A DNA stretch of 64,000 nt from Oikopleura dioica. Lineage: Eukaryota > Animalia > Chordata. The translations under genes were made by a program, and so were the position numbers. Location of the stretch: the NCBI GenBank assembly GCA_907165135.1, contig OU015567.1:5952001-6016000 (forward strand), in the 5' to 3' direction. Position 1 is the stretch's first letter; every line of letters begins with the position of its first letter. Under the pieces are notes generated by a model. It had not been told where the DNA came from. It saw only the letters and a program-made list of their open reading frames with translations, and searched no databases. Shown in pieces: positions 1 through 11,802 of this stretch.

Positions 1-326
1 TACTTTTTGAAAATCGTCAACTGTATTATTGAGCTTCCTTTCCCTTATAGGGTAAATAATCGTTTATTATCGACTTTTTTTATACCGGCAATTACGGTTT
101 TCAAAGAGACTGGACATACGGCAGTTTTCTTTGAAGAAAAATAATTATATTATATTTTATTTATTAACATGTATTCACAGAAAGAGAAAGAAAGAGAGGG
201 TTTCTCTTCTTTTCGCCTTTTTTCGCTCTTTTTTACAAAATATCTCGATTGGAAGGCGTAGTCGAGGAGTAGACCGTCTCAAGATTCTCAAATTGCCCCA
301 AGGATTCGATGCTCTTTGACTGGAGT

Positions 327-1810
327 TCAACACGCGCGTTCACTGAAATTCACCACTGGCGAGTTCGTGTTCATTCGAATGACGGAACACGTGATAGGAC
401 TGAAATTGTAAATGGTGATAAATGACCCAATCATGCATTTGGGTGAAGAGATAAATGGGTGGGCTCGGTTAGAGGAGATTTTCGAGGATTTTTGGGCCGC
501 CAACGAGGACGAATTTTCGAATGTTCTTTTTGAAAATTTTCGCTGGCGGCCGCTTGTTGCCTGTAAATCGCTCTCCGTCCCAGTATAAATGTAAATGAAT
601 GGTAAACTTACGCTCTTGGATGGAATTTTTGTAGAGCATTCCGAACTTGTGCAGTTGCTCGTTGTAGTCTTCCCGCGCCGCCTGGACCTTGAATTTTCGG
701 TAATTTGCGGAAAATTTTCAGACGAAAATTCTTTGGAAATTAATTGAAATCCACTTACTTTGTCATCGATGTAGTCGCGCATCTGCGTCTCGGTCAAGCG
801 CTGGGCGTTGTCAATCTTGAGCAATCTGTCAAGCTGCTCGTGCTGGAAATTCTGATGCTCCGTCTTCAGCTCGGAAAGCTTTGAAACAAGCGAAGCCATG
901 CCCTCTTCCAGTTTGAGAAGACGCTCGCCGTTCTTAACCTGCGCTTCGTCGAAGTGAAGTTGAGCTTCGTCGATTCGATGAGAGTTTTCGTTCAGAGTTT
1001 GGTTCATGAGATTGATCGTTTCCTGACCCTCGTTCACTGAAAAATGGAATGAAATTAAAAAAGGGGTCTCCATAAAACGCTGAAAGCCTGAGTCAGGGTC
1101 GGAAAGAGCTAAAATGAAAAGCCGCGCAGCGGCTTTTCTAAAAACGAAGCCGCAAAGCGGCTTCGCTAATATTTCGATTTCAATCTATAAAAAAACTCTG
1201 GCGAAGCCGCTTTGCGGCTTCGTTTTAAAAAAAAAGCCGCTCCGCGGCTTTTCATTTCAGTTCTTTCAGACTCTGACTCAGGTTTTCTACACAGGTTGCC
1301 GAGCCCAGAATAAACGAATCAGAATTCGGATTTTCTACTTTTCGTTTTTTTTTTACCTTGATCGCGAATTCTTTCGCTATTTTCGTTGTGGTCTTCGATC
1401 GCGTATCTTAGCTGCTCACATGCTGCTTCCAAGGAATGAATTCGCTCATTGAACTGGATCGTCTTATTCTGCGACTCTTCCTTCTGCTCTTCGAGGGAGC
1501 CGAAAATCGTGTTGGACAAGCGGCCGAGCTCATCGTTCAAATGATTACGCTTGGATTCTTCGACTTCAAGGGCATTTACGCCGTTTCGCTGAGCTAAAAT
1601 TGGAAAAATGAGGAGAAAGAAGGAGGAGTATTTTTTTTACCGATTTCGTCTTGCTCAGCTTGCTTTTTTCGGATAGAAGCGACGGTAGCGTTGAGACTGT
1701 TGATTTCTTCTTCGTGCGTTTTTTGCTGAAAGTAGCAGAAACCGACGGCGGCGGCTCCGATCGCAGCGGTCAGGGTTGACTTTTTCACGGATGAGAATTT
1801 TTTCTTGCAT
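327..1810 (-). CDS. Multi-exon coiled-coil protein with N-terminal hydrophobic segment, unknown function (boundaries approximate)
   Basis: ORF pieces 1594-1788 (TLTAAIGAAAVGFCYF), 1319-1540 and 327-1073 are heptad-rich. They are joined by GT-AG introns (e.g. CAAG|gtaaaa near 1356, ttttcag| near 1038). A MITE lies in one intron. Confidence 0.45.
1083..1308. mobile_element. MITE family A copy (CCTGAGTCAGG arms), intronic
   Basis: Inverted arms cctgagtcagggtc...gactctgactcagg with internal gaagccgcaaagcggcttc palindromes. Right terminus ggttgccgagcccag matches copies at 10403 and 27641. Confidence 0.85.
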
Positions 1811-2644
1811 TTTTTGAAGAAAAATTTGATTGAAGCAATTTTTCATCCCTTTCCTGAAGAGCCGACATGTATTTCTCACTTCTCTCTCTTTTCTTTTTTG
1901 AATACACTGAGGAAGTTTTCTGTTTCTTGCCAAACAATTCTAGCTATTCTAGAGAGAGTCGAACAAATCCAATTTTCTAATTCTTCTGAGTTGAAAAGTG
2001 TCTTCGTCACCACTAATCTCTCTCTTCAGTAAAGGCTTCAAAGGTCAGTGCTGAGAGCCGTATTTTTTAAATCGACCGCAGGGCCAATTTCTTCGATTTC
2101 TTTCTCTCCTTTTCAAAAGACGCTATTATGAGCCGATTCGGTGCGGGAGTCGCCAGTTCAAAATATAAAAATTTAGCGCCACCTCGAAATTTTGGCCGGC
2201 GGCAAATAAGAACACACCTGCGGGGGAGTGTATCAACAGATTGATTGTTATCTTCAACCTTGACCTCGATGACCCGGCAAATTGGACCACGTGGGATGAA
2301 ATGAGCGGGAAGAAGGAATTGAGAAGGCATGAAATTCAAAAGCGGAAAACGCTGGTTTTCGAACTGGATTATATTTGAAGAATAAGGTTTTCAGAACAAT
2401 AAAAGAGGCGAATCTTCAAAGGCGAAATTTGTCTTCTGTTTGGGCACGTTTGAATGTTGAGCGGCGCGTTTCTAGCGCTAGTTGGTCTGAGAGATAATTT
2501 TTTATGACAAAATTAGGTTCATTTTTTACCGAGGTCGTCAACTTGAGAATTGCATCTGACTCGTCGCGGGGTTTTGCCAAAAACATCTTTTCGGATGTCC
2601 TCCTTGTCTTCATAAAAGCAAAGTTACAGTGGTATTTACTGTGA

Positions 2645-4770
2645 TTATGAATGATTACCAGCAGAATTAGACCTTTTGGAGTTGAATTGGTTGCAAATAT
2701 CCATCAGTGTTTCGAGCGATTCCGCCAAAGCTCTCCTAAGTAAGGAATAATTCAAAAATGAAAATATAATTTTCCATGATATGAAAGAGACAACTTATAT
2801 GAGAGACAGATTTGACGACGGAATTAAACCTGAATCGCTCGGACGAGGTTGCGTCACAATCTTTATATGATGAAATGCAGAAAACAATGCAGTCCTTTAT
2901 GATTTTGTTTTAAAAATCACATAAATTGAGAAATCGGCCGAATTGGCCGAAAAATAAGGCTACCTTTTGCGGATTGTACGAGCAGCCGTATCCGTCGGGG
3001 ACGACTGGTCCGTAGCACATGTAGATGTCCCTCGAAATGGTCGGGATTTGAGACGTTGAGAGTTCAAAGTGGTTGAATGTTTTGAACGAATTGTCGGTGA
3101 ACAACTCCGGAATCGGCAGCGAGACTTCTTTCAGCGTGTTCAGAAGGGCGAGCAGATGATTGTCCAGTCCCTTGCCAGTGATTGCTTGCTGAGTAATGCT
3201 GGTTTGAAACCTCACTGCTTTGCGAAGATAGTCCATCGAGTTAGTACTCAGGGATGATTTACAATCGCCTCTGGAGTAAAACTCGCTCAGGTGCCGACAA
3301 AGCTGGAGGGCGGGAATCGTCGACGCTCGAATGTTATCTACCCGTCCATCTCGAAACCTTCTGATCGACCCGGACTCGTAGGAGCAAGGAAGACGACAGT
3401 AGATTCGATGATAAGCGCACTGCAAGGCTACTTGTAAAAAGGCATCGGGGGACATGTTCTGCTTCTTGATAAATGTTTTGCCGAACTTTTCGAACTTGAA
3501 GACGTTTAAATCGAGCCGTTCTTGTTGAACCCGGTGATTTTCTATTTGACGAGAGACCAGCAAGTCCAGCTCGTGGGACGTTCGGAAGGAGAGGGGTTCG
3601 AGGGGAGAGTTGCCGTAGTAGTACTTTTCTTTCGTTGGGTTTTGGATGATTGCTCGTTTGATTTCTGCGGCGAGCTGGACGACTGGGATTCCTTCGCAAA
3701 CGGAGTGCTCGTAGCAGATCCCGAAGTCGCCGTCGTCGTTGATGATGAGCTGGAGGGTGCAGTCGAACCAGCGGTTGGTCGCGAATTTTCCACCGTGGAG
3801 AAATTGCTCGATTGGACTATCATCACCGGCTACTACGAATTCAGAAAAAAGAGAGTAATGAAAACTGACCTTGATCGAGGTTGACAACGAAAGCGGCGTT
3901 CTGGATCAGCTTGAGTAACGAGCCATTAGTAGATGAAATCTGCTCGAGCTTGTTTTTCAGAATGGCCCACTCCCGCCTCGTGCAAGTTGTCAGAATGCCC
4001 GTGTTCTTCTGAGGAGTGGATTTCGTCACGATCCCGAAGATCTGCGCTTCGAGGTCGTTGATGCTGGGCTTGTAGAAGATTCCATTGCGCATGACGAGGA
4101 AGTAGTCGCTTTTTCTGCTCACGTGGAGGTCTTTACTTTTCCCCGGCTGGCGATATCTACAGTGGGGTTTATCGTGATTCAAGTTTTCTCAAAAATATGT
4201 CTCAATTTTAGAAAGGTCATGAATCATGATTAATCCCGCGCCCTGGTAAAGAGGTTCCGGTATTGATTCATACACAGATGCGAGCCTGCCATTTGCCCTC
4301 CACTCGTCTCATGAAGCTCGTTGTTTTCCACTATTAGGAAGTTAAAATTTGGGTCATTTATTTTTTCTTGATACCTTTTGTTTTGTAGCGTAAAGTGCTT
4401 TTGATGATGGTCGCGATTAAGGTGACATTTTCGCTTCTGGAGCGACTGTAATTGCGATGAACCAGCATTCCAGGATTGGAATTGATTGGCAAGGGACAGT
4501 TTTGCTCCAAATACATGTCGTTTAACCACCAATCGGTTATCCAGTTCACTCGTGTTCTGGGAATAGAAAAATGGGAAGGGAAATGGTCTTACCTGGCCCG
4601 GGCTTCAAGTAAGATCTGCAGCTTGTTCGCCGTTTGGCTCAAGAATTTCTCTGCGTAAGAGGCGACTTTTTCATATTGAAAGTCCGGGATGAGTGGCTTC
4701 AGGGCTTGGAGATACCTCTCAATCGTATCGCTTATCTGAGGAACCGGAAGAAGAGGAACTTGTCTCGCAT
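2645..4770 (-). CDS. CHAT: Choline O-acetyltransferase (multi-exon)
   Basis: Motifs LPVPQI, NWITDWWLNDMYL, PLPINSNPG, NRWFD, catalytic YEHSVCEG, SPDAFLQVALQ, ChAT-type GRVDNIRAS (carnitine acetyltransferases have GRTDTIR), LSTSQ, CYGPVVPDGYGCSYNP. ATG at 4770, stop near 2645. Confidence 0.93.
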
Positions 4771-5587
4771 TTTGAACAGTTTGGATCGGACAATGTTTAA
4801 TCGACGATCTGTTGTCGCTGAAAATGTTTTTTAGGGGGCTTTTTTGGCGGTGGGTTTTTGGTACAATTTGGCGGGCTTTTGATTGCCAATTTCTCGATTT
4901 TCCTTGGATATTTTCAGTCTCGTGAAAAACTGAGACATATGAACGATGTTTTTAAAATTCGTGGTGTTTCTCTTTTGCTTCGATTTGGAAAGAGAATTAA
5001 TCTCCTTTGCATGTTTCGCGCTCTGCTCCATGTTCTCAAAAAAATACTCTGGCCGCTCGGCTTTTAGACTGAGTGATAGTATCCGGAATGAGAAAATCCG
5101 CAAAATGTTAATGAATTTAATATCTCAAAGACCTCATTTATTCATCTCACCTGTCTTTATCTGCATGGCCCATTTTGAATCAATCACAATTAACCAAAGC
5201 CCCTTTCTCTGAAAATTAAAAATTTTGGGAATTGATGGCGAATGCGGTTCAGCAGATGAAAAATAAGTTATTGACCTTATCTGGTTTCTTAATCAGAAAA
5301 TCAAAAATATAAAGAATCTACTAAAATTCTAGACAATTTTAAACTAAGATTTCAAAATTGAAATCAACGAGGACTACCAAATACAGCAAAAAATGGATAT
5401 TAGTATTCACAAAATAAGATATAGGCACCAAGGAATATATAGTAGAAAAGCAGGAAAAAAAGGGTTGAAGAGATAAATTATTTGATTTTATAATAACTCT
5501 AAAGAGGTAATTTTTAAATTAAGTATTAGTAAAAGTGATTGTTTGTTTAATACTCTCCATCGAAACTTTCTTCACTGCTTGTTTGTA

Positions 5588-8580
5588 TCAACGAATGTCT
5601 GAAAATATATGCTTTAATTTGGATCCAACTCTTCTTAAAAACCTCGGTTGGGAATCTTCCAACGAAGAAATCGGTAAATCCATCGCTCCCCCGCTATTTG
5701 CGGTTCCATAACCGCCGCTAGGTCCACCACTTTCCAGGTTCAATTCTAACTCATCTTGGTCGATCAGCCCGATTCGCTCACTTTTGTCCACCTAGAAGTC
5801 AAATTATATTATATTATATTATATTATATTATATTATATTATATTATATTATATTATATTATATTATATTATATTATATTATATTATATTATATTATATT
5901 ATATTATATTATATTATATTATATTATATTATATTATATTATATTATATTATATTATATTATATTATATAGAAGAATAAGTACCTGGCGATCGTAAACGC
6001 CCCTGAGCAAAATCAGCATGGGTACATAAAGAATCGATACAGCGCCCATGCCAAGGTTGAGTGTGATAAAGCCGAATTTTTCAACAATGTTTCCAGCAAC
6101 AATCGGGCCGAGAGCATAAGCGAAGGAGTATGAAATGTCGGCGATGGCATAGACAGATCCGTAAACAGAAGCGTGGCGGGTGTCCACAATGAAAGCCAAG
6201 GTCGGTAGCAGCGCTGTATCTACGAGAGCGATTCCGAAGCACATGAGGCCGAGTGGAACGGTAACTTGGCCATATGTCCGGCATTCCTAAACCATGTTAG
6301 ATCATACTTCATGCTTGGCAAAGAAGTTTTCGATGACGGGGATAGAGCTTTTCCTGCAGCTGGCTAGTGATTTTTTCTGGATTTCTGCGTAGATGTGTAC
6401 GAAAAACATCGAGCTTTCCATAAAACTTGATATACTCTCTTGATGCTAACTTCACGAAGCAAGGAAAAGACGTCTTACCGGCAGAAAAGCAGTAGATATG
6501 GCGATGAAAGCCAGGCCAACAGCTCCGTAAAACCACTGAAATCGAAAGTACTTATTCGCGAGGGCCACGCATATCAGCACGCCGCAAACATGTGGGACAG
6601 GGTTCGGTAATTTGAGCTCAAGCTAAAACTCATTTTGGCTAGACGCTCAAATTTCCTCAAATTGAGAACTCAAAGTGACTTGAGAAATCATTTTGAGAAG
6701 ATTTGAGAGTTTTGGGAGTTTTGAGTTTTTGGGAGATTTGAGAGTTTTGAGTTTTCAAAACTCAAATTAAGCGAGCGCTTCCTTGATTGGCTCATGGATC
6801 GCCAGAATTGATTTCTAACACGAGCTCTCATCTCTGAGTTCTCAAAACTCAAATTAAAAACGTGAGTCTCAAGCTTTGTTTCCTTGAGTTTTAGCGTGAG
6901 CTCAAATTACCGAACCCTGATGTGGGATAAATGCTGGAAACCAAACTAAAAAGTGTTTGAGCGTTATTATAAATTTATCGTCAATCAGGCCTGACCAAAG
7001 CCTTTTTGAAAGGGAGTGGCGTCCATCACATCTTCCATCCACTTGGCGATCGTTGGTTCGAGAAAGGCAAGAGGGATGTTGGCCACTTTCGAGGATGAAA
7101 AGAAGGTTTAAAATTTAATACGAAAAAAGATTAATTCAGAACTATGAATTCTGAATTGCAAAAAAGAAGCTCCGTATTTTTGTAGATGAAAAACAAAGAT
7201 CCATTAATTAATTTGTCTGTTGATTAAACAAGGGTGGTTTTATTGCTGAGCCTGCCGTCATCGATCCTAAATCAATCTAAAATGATCTAGGCGAGTTTTC
7301 GGCCACGCAGTTGGGCAATGGCAATTCACATCAATTGACTGCGGATTTATGACGAGCGGGCTGCCCTTCTGGACACCTTTGCTCCCGAAATTAAGTGACT
7401 TGTTCCCTTACTTCAGTCTTCGGATATTGAACCTTTGATGCTCAATACAGTCTTCAACCCTTTTTTCCAAGTCGTTTAATCCTTTCCTACAAGCGCTCCA
7501 GCGATAATTGCTATGTACGGATCACTCATCAACTTCCACATTGGCGTTCCTACTGGCTTGTTTTCCCTGGCAATATCTTCTTCAGCTTTTTTCGAAGCAA
7601 TCATTCCGATCAAAATCGCGTCGCAAAAGCACATGAGCGCTAGAAGAATGAACGGAACGGAATGGCCAAAGTATTGGAAGAAAAATCCGCCGAAAGGAGG
7701 TGCGACCAGACTGCCGAAGGAGATGAATGCTAGCGCTATACCAAGGGCCCTAAAACATACAGTAGCGTATTTTTCAATAATTTTTCGACCTCTGACGCTC
7801 TTCATCAACTGTAAATCTATCTGCAACGAGGCCAAGAGCAGCAGTGTCGGCAAGAGCTGATCCAAAGCCTTGCAAACTTCGGGCGAAAAACAACCCACCA
7901 TAACTTCAATCAGCGATTAATTAGTGCATGTAAGTCTATCACTATTACCTAGTAAAAATGGCAAATAGAAGTGTCGAAAGAAACATGATCGAAAGCCCCA
8001 TCAATAATGGTAGCTGCGCGAAATTTTATTAAAAAACAAATTCAATTATGAGTTTACCTCGTATCCGATTCTATCGATAAACGAGCCTGTAACTGTGTTT
8101 GCTATCAACTGTACAATCGCTTTCGAAGCAAAGAGAATCCCAAGAGTGATGTCTTCCGATCCCTGTTTTGCGCGGTTGCCCAATTTTTAAGTAGAGACAT
8201 ATTGAAATTGAGGGCTAGGCGGCATATTTTCAGCCTTGTTTTATCAGGCAACCAGGCCTGGCTCGAGTCGTATTGAGAATTGAAGACTTGCTGTGCCGAA
8301 CTGTTGAAACTTAGAGCGAAATCGGTCGATCCCAAGGCTTCTGTTGGGTCAGAACTTCCTTCTCCTTTCATCCCTTTTTCCAATATCTGTGTAATGATGG
8401 GCACAATAACCATAAAAAGCATATTGTCGAGCAGCAGTGCGGTCGAAACGACGAACAAGATCAACTGTTTCTGTCTAGTTTTTTTTTGTAAGAAAATTAA
8501 TTGAAAATGACTTCATACTTTTGCGGGTCTTCTATTCTTCTTCTCAGCGGCTCCATAAGATCCCTGAGGTTCAGCAGCAT
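5588..8580 (-). CDS. SLC18A3: Vesicular acetylcholine transporter (MFS/SLC18), multi-exon, with a MITE in a coding exon
   Basis: Motifs [101 protein letters not shown]. Lies directly upstream of ChAT on the same strand. Confidence 0.95.
5803..5969. repeat. (ATATT)n microsatellite filling most of the last VAChT intron (5792-5983)
   Basis: About 33 perfect ATATT units seen directly. Confidence 0.98.
6598..6919. mobile_element. hAT-like MITE (322 bp) inserted in a VAChT coding exon
   Basis: TIR cagggttcggtaatttgagctca[a/c]gctaaaactca (35 bp, 1 mismatch). Perfect 8-bp TSD ATGTGGGA at 6590-6597 and 6920-6927. Internal gagtttt/ctcaaa subrepeats. Confidence 0.95.
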
Positions 8581-9359
8581 GGCTAAAAAGTTGTTTTTGG
8601 CAGAAAACCCAGTGCTAATGCTATTAGTTCTTCAGTATAATTAAATAAAGGTATTTAATTTGGACGCTAAACCTTGATAAAAGCGCACAAGCCGTCCATG
8701 TTGCGGCTTTTTTCTCGCTTGAAACTTTGGTTTTATCTCATTTATTCTTTTTCAAATCGAAATATGTTGGAACCAAAATGACCTAAATACACATAGACTT
8801 GCATCACTAAATTCACTATTCTCTAAATCCCTTTCAAAAGGCATTTTACCGCGCGAGACAAAAATACATTTGTGAAATCTATTACAAAACTGATAAATTA
8901 TGCAGCAAGAGTTTCCACAAGCGACTTATACAGTTATTTCTGACAATTATCTTTCTGCCCATTACGACGATGCCATGTTTACCTTGATACAGCGGAATGA
9001 TCATTTTTTCACCAGCTTCTTTTTTTACTTTCTCTTATCTGTAAGACTTCGACTAATAAAAAAATATTTCAATTGGAGAATTTGTTACCGGGGAGGAGGT
9101 GTTTTGCCCTCGGGGGAGTGCAACCAAGGTTGGCGCCAGACAGCATTGACGAGGAGTTGGTAAGTAAAATCAGCGCGTTTTCAAAAGAATTGATTCAAAG
9201 GGGTTGAAACTGATGATTTCAAATCGCGCGAAAAAAGAAGAAATAGATTTCTCTTCAATCAAGGAATTATGCTATAAAATGCTTTTATGGGTTTTTTAGC
9301 GACCGCAATCCTTAAAAGAAACGCCACTTTCTTTCTCTCTCATCAGCTAGTTTTTCATT

Positions 9360-10993
9360 TTATTCATATAGACAGAGCAATGGGCAAGATCCGTTAATCG
9401 GATCTTCAAGTTCTAAGGATCTTTTGGAAGTGCCATTTTGTTGATTTTGAAGAACATATTCGAAGTGCCATTAACGTACGATTTCATCATCGATCTCGTC
9501 GGGAATCGCTGCTCTAGAATTTCTGTCAATTCAGATTTCAATGAAAATAAGACCGAGATGGTAGCGAATTTCTTCCAAAAAGATGATCTTGTCCTTTGGG
9601 CTCATTCTTTTCACCGGCTTCAGTCGTTCAAATAATTCTAGCGCCACGTCCAGACGGTGAAGTTTGATGGTCCCTTCTTCGTAGAGTTGGATCATTGGGA
9701 TTTCCATCGAGGATACTTCTTTTATAAACCGGTTTTTGTTGATGTCCAAATCCTTTCAAAAGGTTTCAAAATGGTGTTACTAAATCCTGAGCTTGGCAAC
9801 CTGTGTAGAAAACCTGAGTCAGGGTCTGAAAGATGTCTCATGAAAAGCAGCGCAGCGGCTTTTTTGAAAATAAAGCCGCAAAGAAAAATTAACTTTTCAA
9901 TCAATTTTGCGGCTTCGTTGCCGAGGCTTTTTAGATCATATTTGAAAAATCCCACTGTAGCATAAATAACAAGAGTACCCTTGACTTGAGTCTAATCCCG
10001 CTCCTCAGGGAAATCGACAGAAATTATGTCACCTGCCTTGAAAAATAGAAAAATAAGATCTAGGTTGCAAGCTTGCTCTTAGTCTTCAATCAATATTCGG
10101 ATTTGCTGGCTTCTGAAACCCCTTTTTTAAAGATATTCTCACTTAGGACCCTCCTCATCAGGGCTGGCAAGTCTTCTATGTCGATGAATTGGTCGCATTT
10201 GCGCAGATTTGCTTGAATGTGCAGATCCTGGTCGGTGTATTTTAAAAACGTCGTCAGCAACGATCGCGAGTTGTTTTCTTGGTGGGGGCACATTGCTGCT
10301 ATTTCCCGCCAAATCGTTCCGAAACGCAACCAGTTTTCTTCACTGATACCAAGCTGCCCAATGATATCGAGGAACGACGAGGTCTAGGGAAAACGATATG
10401 GTCTTGGCTCGGCAACCTATGAAGAAAACCTGAGTCAGGGTCTGAAAAAACTGAAATGAAAAGCCGCGTAGCTGCTTTTTTAATAACAAAGCCGCGAAAC
10501 GGCTCTGCTAGAATTTTTGATAGTTTAGCGAAGCCTCTTCGCGGCTTTGTTAAAAGAAAGCCGCTACGCGGCTTTTCATATAAGCTCTTCAGAACTCTAC
10601 TCAGGTTTTCCGCACAGGTTGCGGAGCCAAGGATATGGTCCGATATCGACGATTTGGGCGATGGATTTGGGATTGCTACGGTTACATCAGAAAGAGGGCG
10701 GATTACTGGTGTTTATCACGTGTTCTTTTTTCTTTACTAATTGGGGTAAAATGAAATTGCTAAACTAATTATATGGAAAATAGACTTCTGACTTCTTCGT
10801 TGCTAGTCGCTTTTTGTAAGTAGTTGGATAACAAGGAAGATAAGATGTATTTCTTTTGCATTATATTTTGCACCTTACCTTTGGTGCTTTTCGGAGCTCC
10901 TTGATCCAGGAAAAGTAAGCGTAGACCGCATCTCTGAGTTTTGAGCTCATTGTTAGTTCCGTATTTGAAAGGGTGACCTGAGGATGGATACAT
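9360..10993 (-). CDS. Putative multi-exon gene of unknown function (boundaries approximate)
   Basis: ORF segments 10769-10993, 10090-10383 and 9531-9749 are flanked by gtaag/gtact donors and ttttccctag/gatttag acceptors. No recognisable family. Confidence 0.3.
9791..9930. mobile_element. MITE family A, truncated copy
   Basis: Left arm cttggcaacctgtgtagaaaacctgagtcagggtctga present; right arm missing. Confidence 0.75.
10403..10631. mobile_element. MITE family A, complete copy with 8-bp TSD (hAT-like)
   Basis: Termini cttggctcggcaacc / ggttgcggagccaag. TSD GATATGGT at 10395-10402 and 10632-10639. Confidence 0.92.
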
Positions 10994-11802
10994 AGAGGAT
11001 TATCGCTTGCAAATCTTTTTCCTTTGGAGATTTTAAAAATCGAACTTTTGACCCCTATTTTCCCATATTTTGGATAAGAATTTATAATTCTGATATTTAT
11101 GGTCTTTTTCCGTAAAAATACAGTCGCTATTACGTAACGACTCAATACTAATGAGCTTTGCGAGGCTGTAGATCAACTCAGTCAACCTCAATGTCAGGCG
11201 AAAGAGGTCTTCTCTCGAGGGACATTTAATGTCGGGCCGATTACGAGGCCCATCAGAGGAAAGTTCCATCCCAATCAGAAGAGAGTAGCCCATATAATTT
11301 TACTCGAATATACAGATCTCCACTTACTTGATTACTTAGCGAAAGAGGCCTCCAATTTTTAGCGATTCAGAAGTCAGAGTCTATTTTGAGGTATTTATTT
11401 GTTAATTGCAGAATAGAATGAGTAGTAATCTTGGCTGTCAAATGATGTTATTTCACGTAATGTGCCATCAGTAGCTTGGCACTGGGCGCTTAATTTTTTA
11501 TACGATAGGTATATCTTCTTTAAACGGGAAGTTGTTCATCATAAGACTTTTTTTTGAGCAGCACTCTTTCGCTCCTACTCGTACTCATCTCATTTTTAGC
11601 GCAGAGAAATATGGAATAGTACGCTTTTATAAGCTTATTCATTCTTAAGGTAAACTCTTGATAACGGAGTCTTTCTTCCTGGAGGGCGTTTCAGAGGCTT
11701 AGTGGGATATCAATTGGGCCCAACTGTTTTTCGCTATTTGCGTCATTTTAGAGAAAACCCTTGCCGAATATGGAGACTCGCTGAACTCGAAAATTGGAAA
11801 AG

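Noticed and set aside
660-700. Frameshifted Walker A-like GPGGAG(K)TT on the minus strand
   Set aside because: It needs an inserted base, and no Walker B or other NTPase motif could be found downstream.
1114-1452. Similar ORFs MKSRAAAFLK... here and at 9657-9965, 10456-10740, 58482 and 61433-61657
   Set aside because: These are translations of MITE copies, not a protein family.
1930-2613. Small minus-strand ORFs downstream of ChAT
   Set aside because: Possibly a gene, but no motifs and no confident splice model.
5756-5971. ORF encoding (YYIIL)n
   Set aside because: It is a translation of the intronic ATATT microsatellite.
6592-6921. Exact removal of the VAChT MITE as an AT-AC (U12) intron by sliding within the TSD
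   Set aside because: The ends can be drawn as AT...AC, but the 5' end (ATCAGGG) lacks the U12 ATATCCT consensus, and O. dioica is reported to lack the minor spliceosome.
9084-9118. COE/Ebf-like site (gccctcgggg) upstream of VAChT
   Set aside because: Only a partial match to TCCCNNGGGA, and not distinguishable from chance without conservation data.
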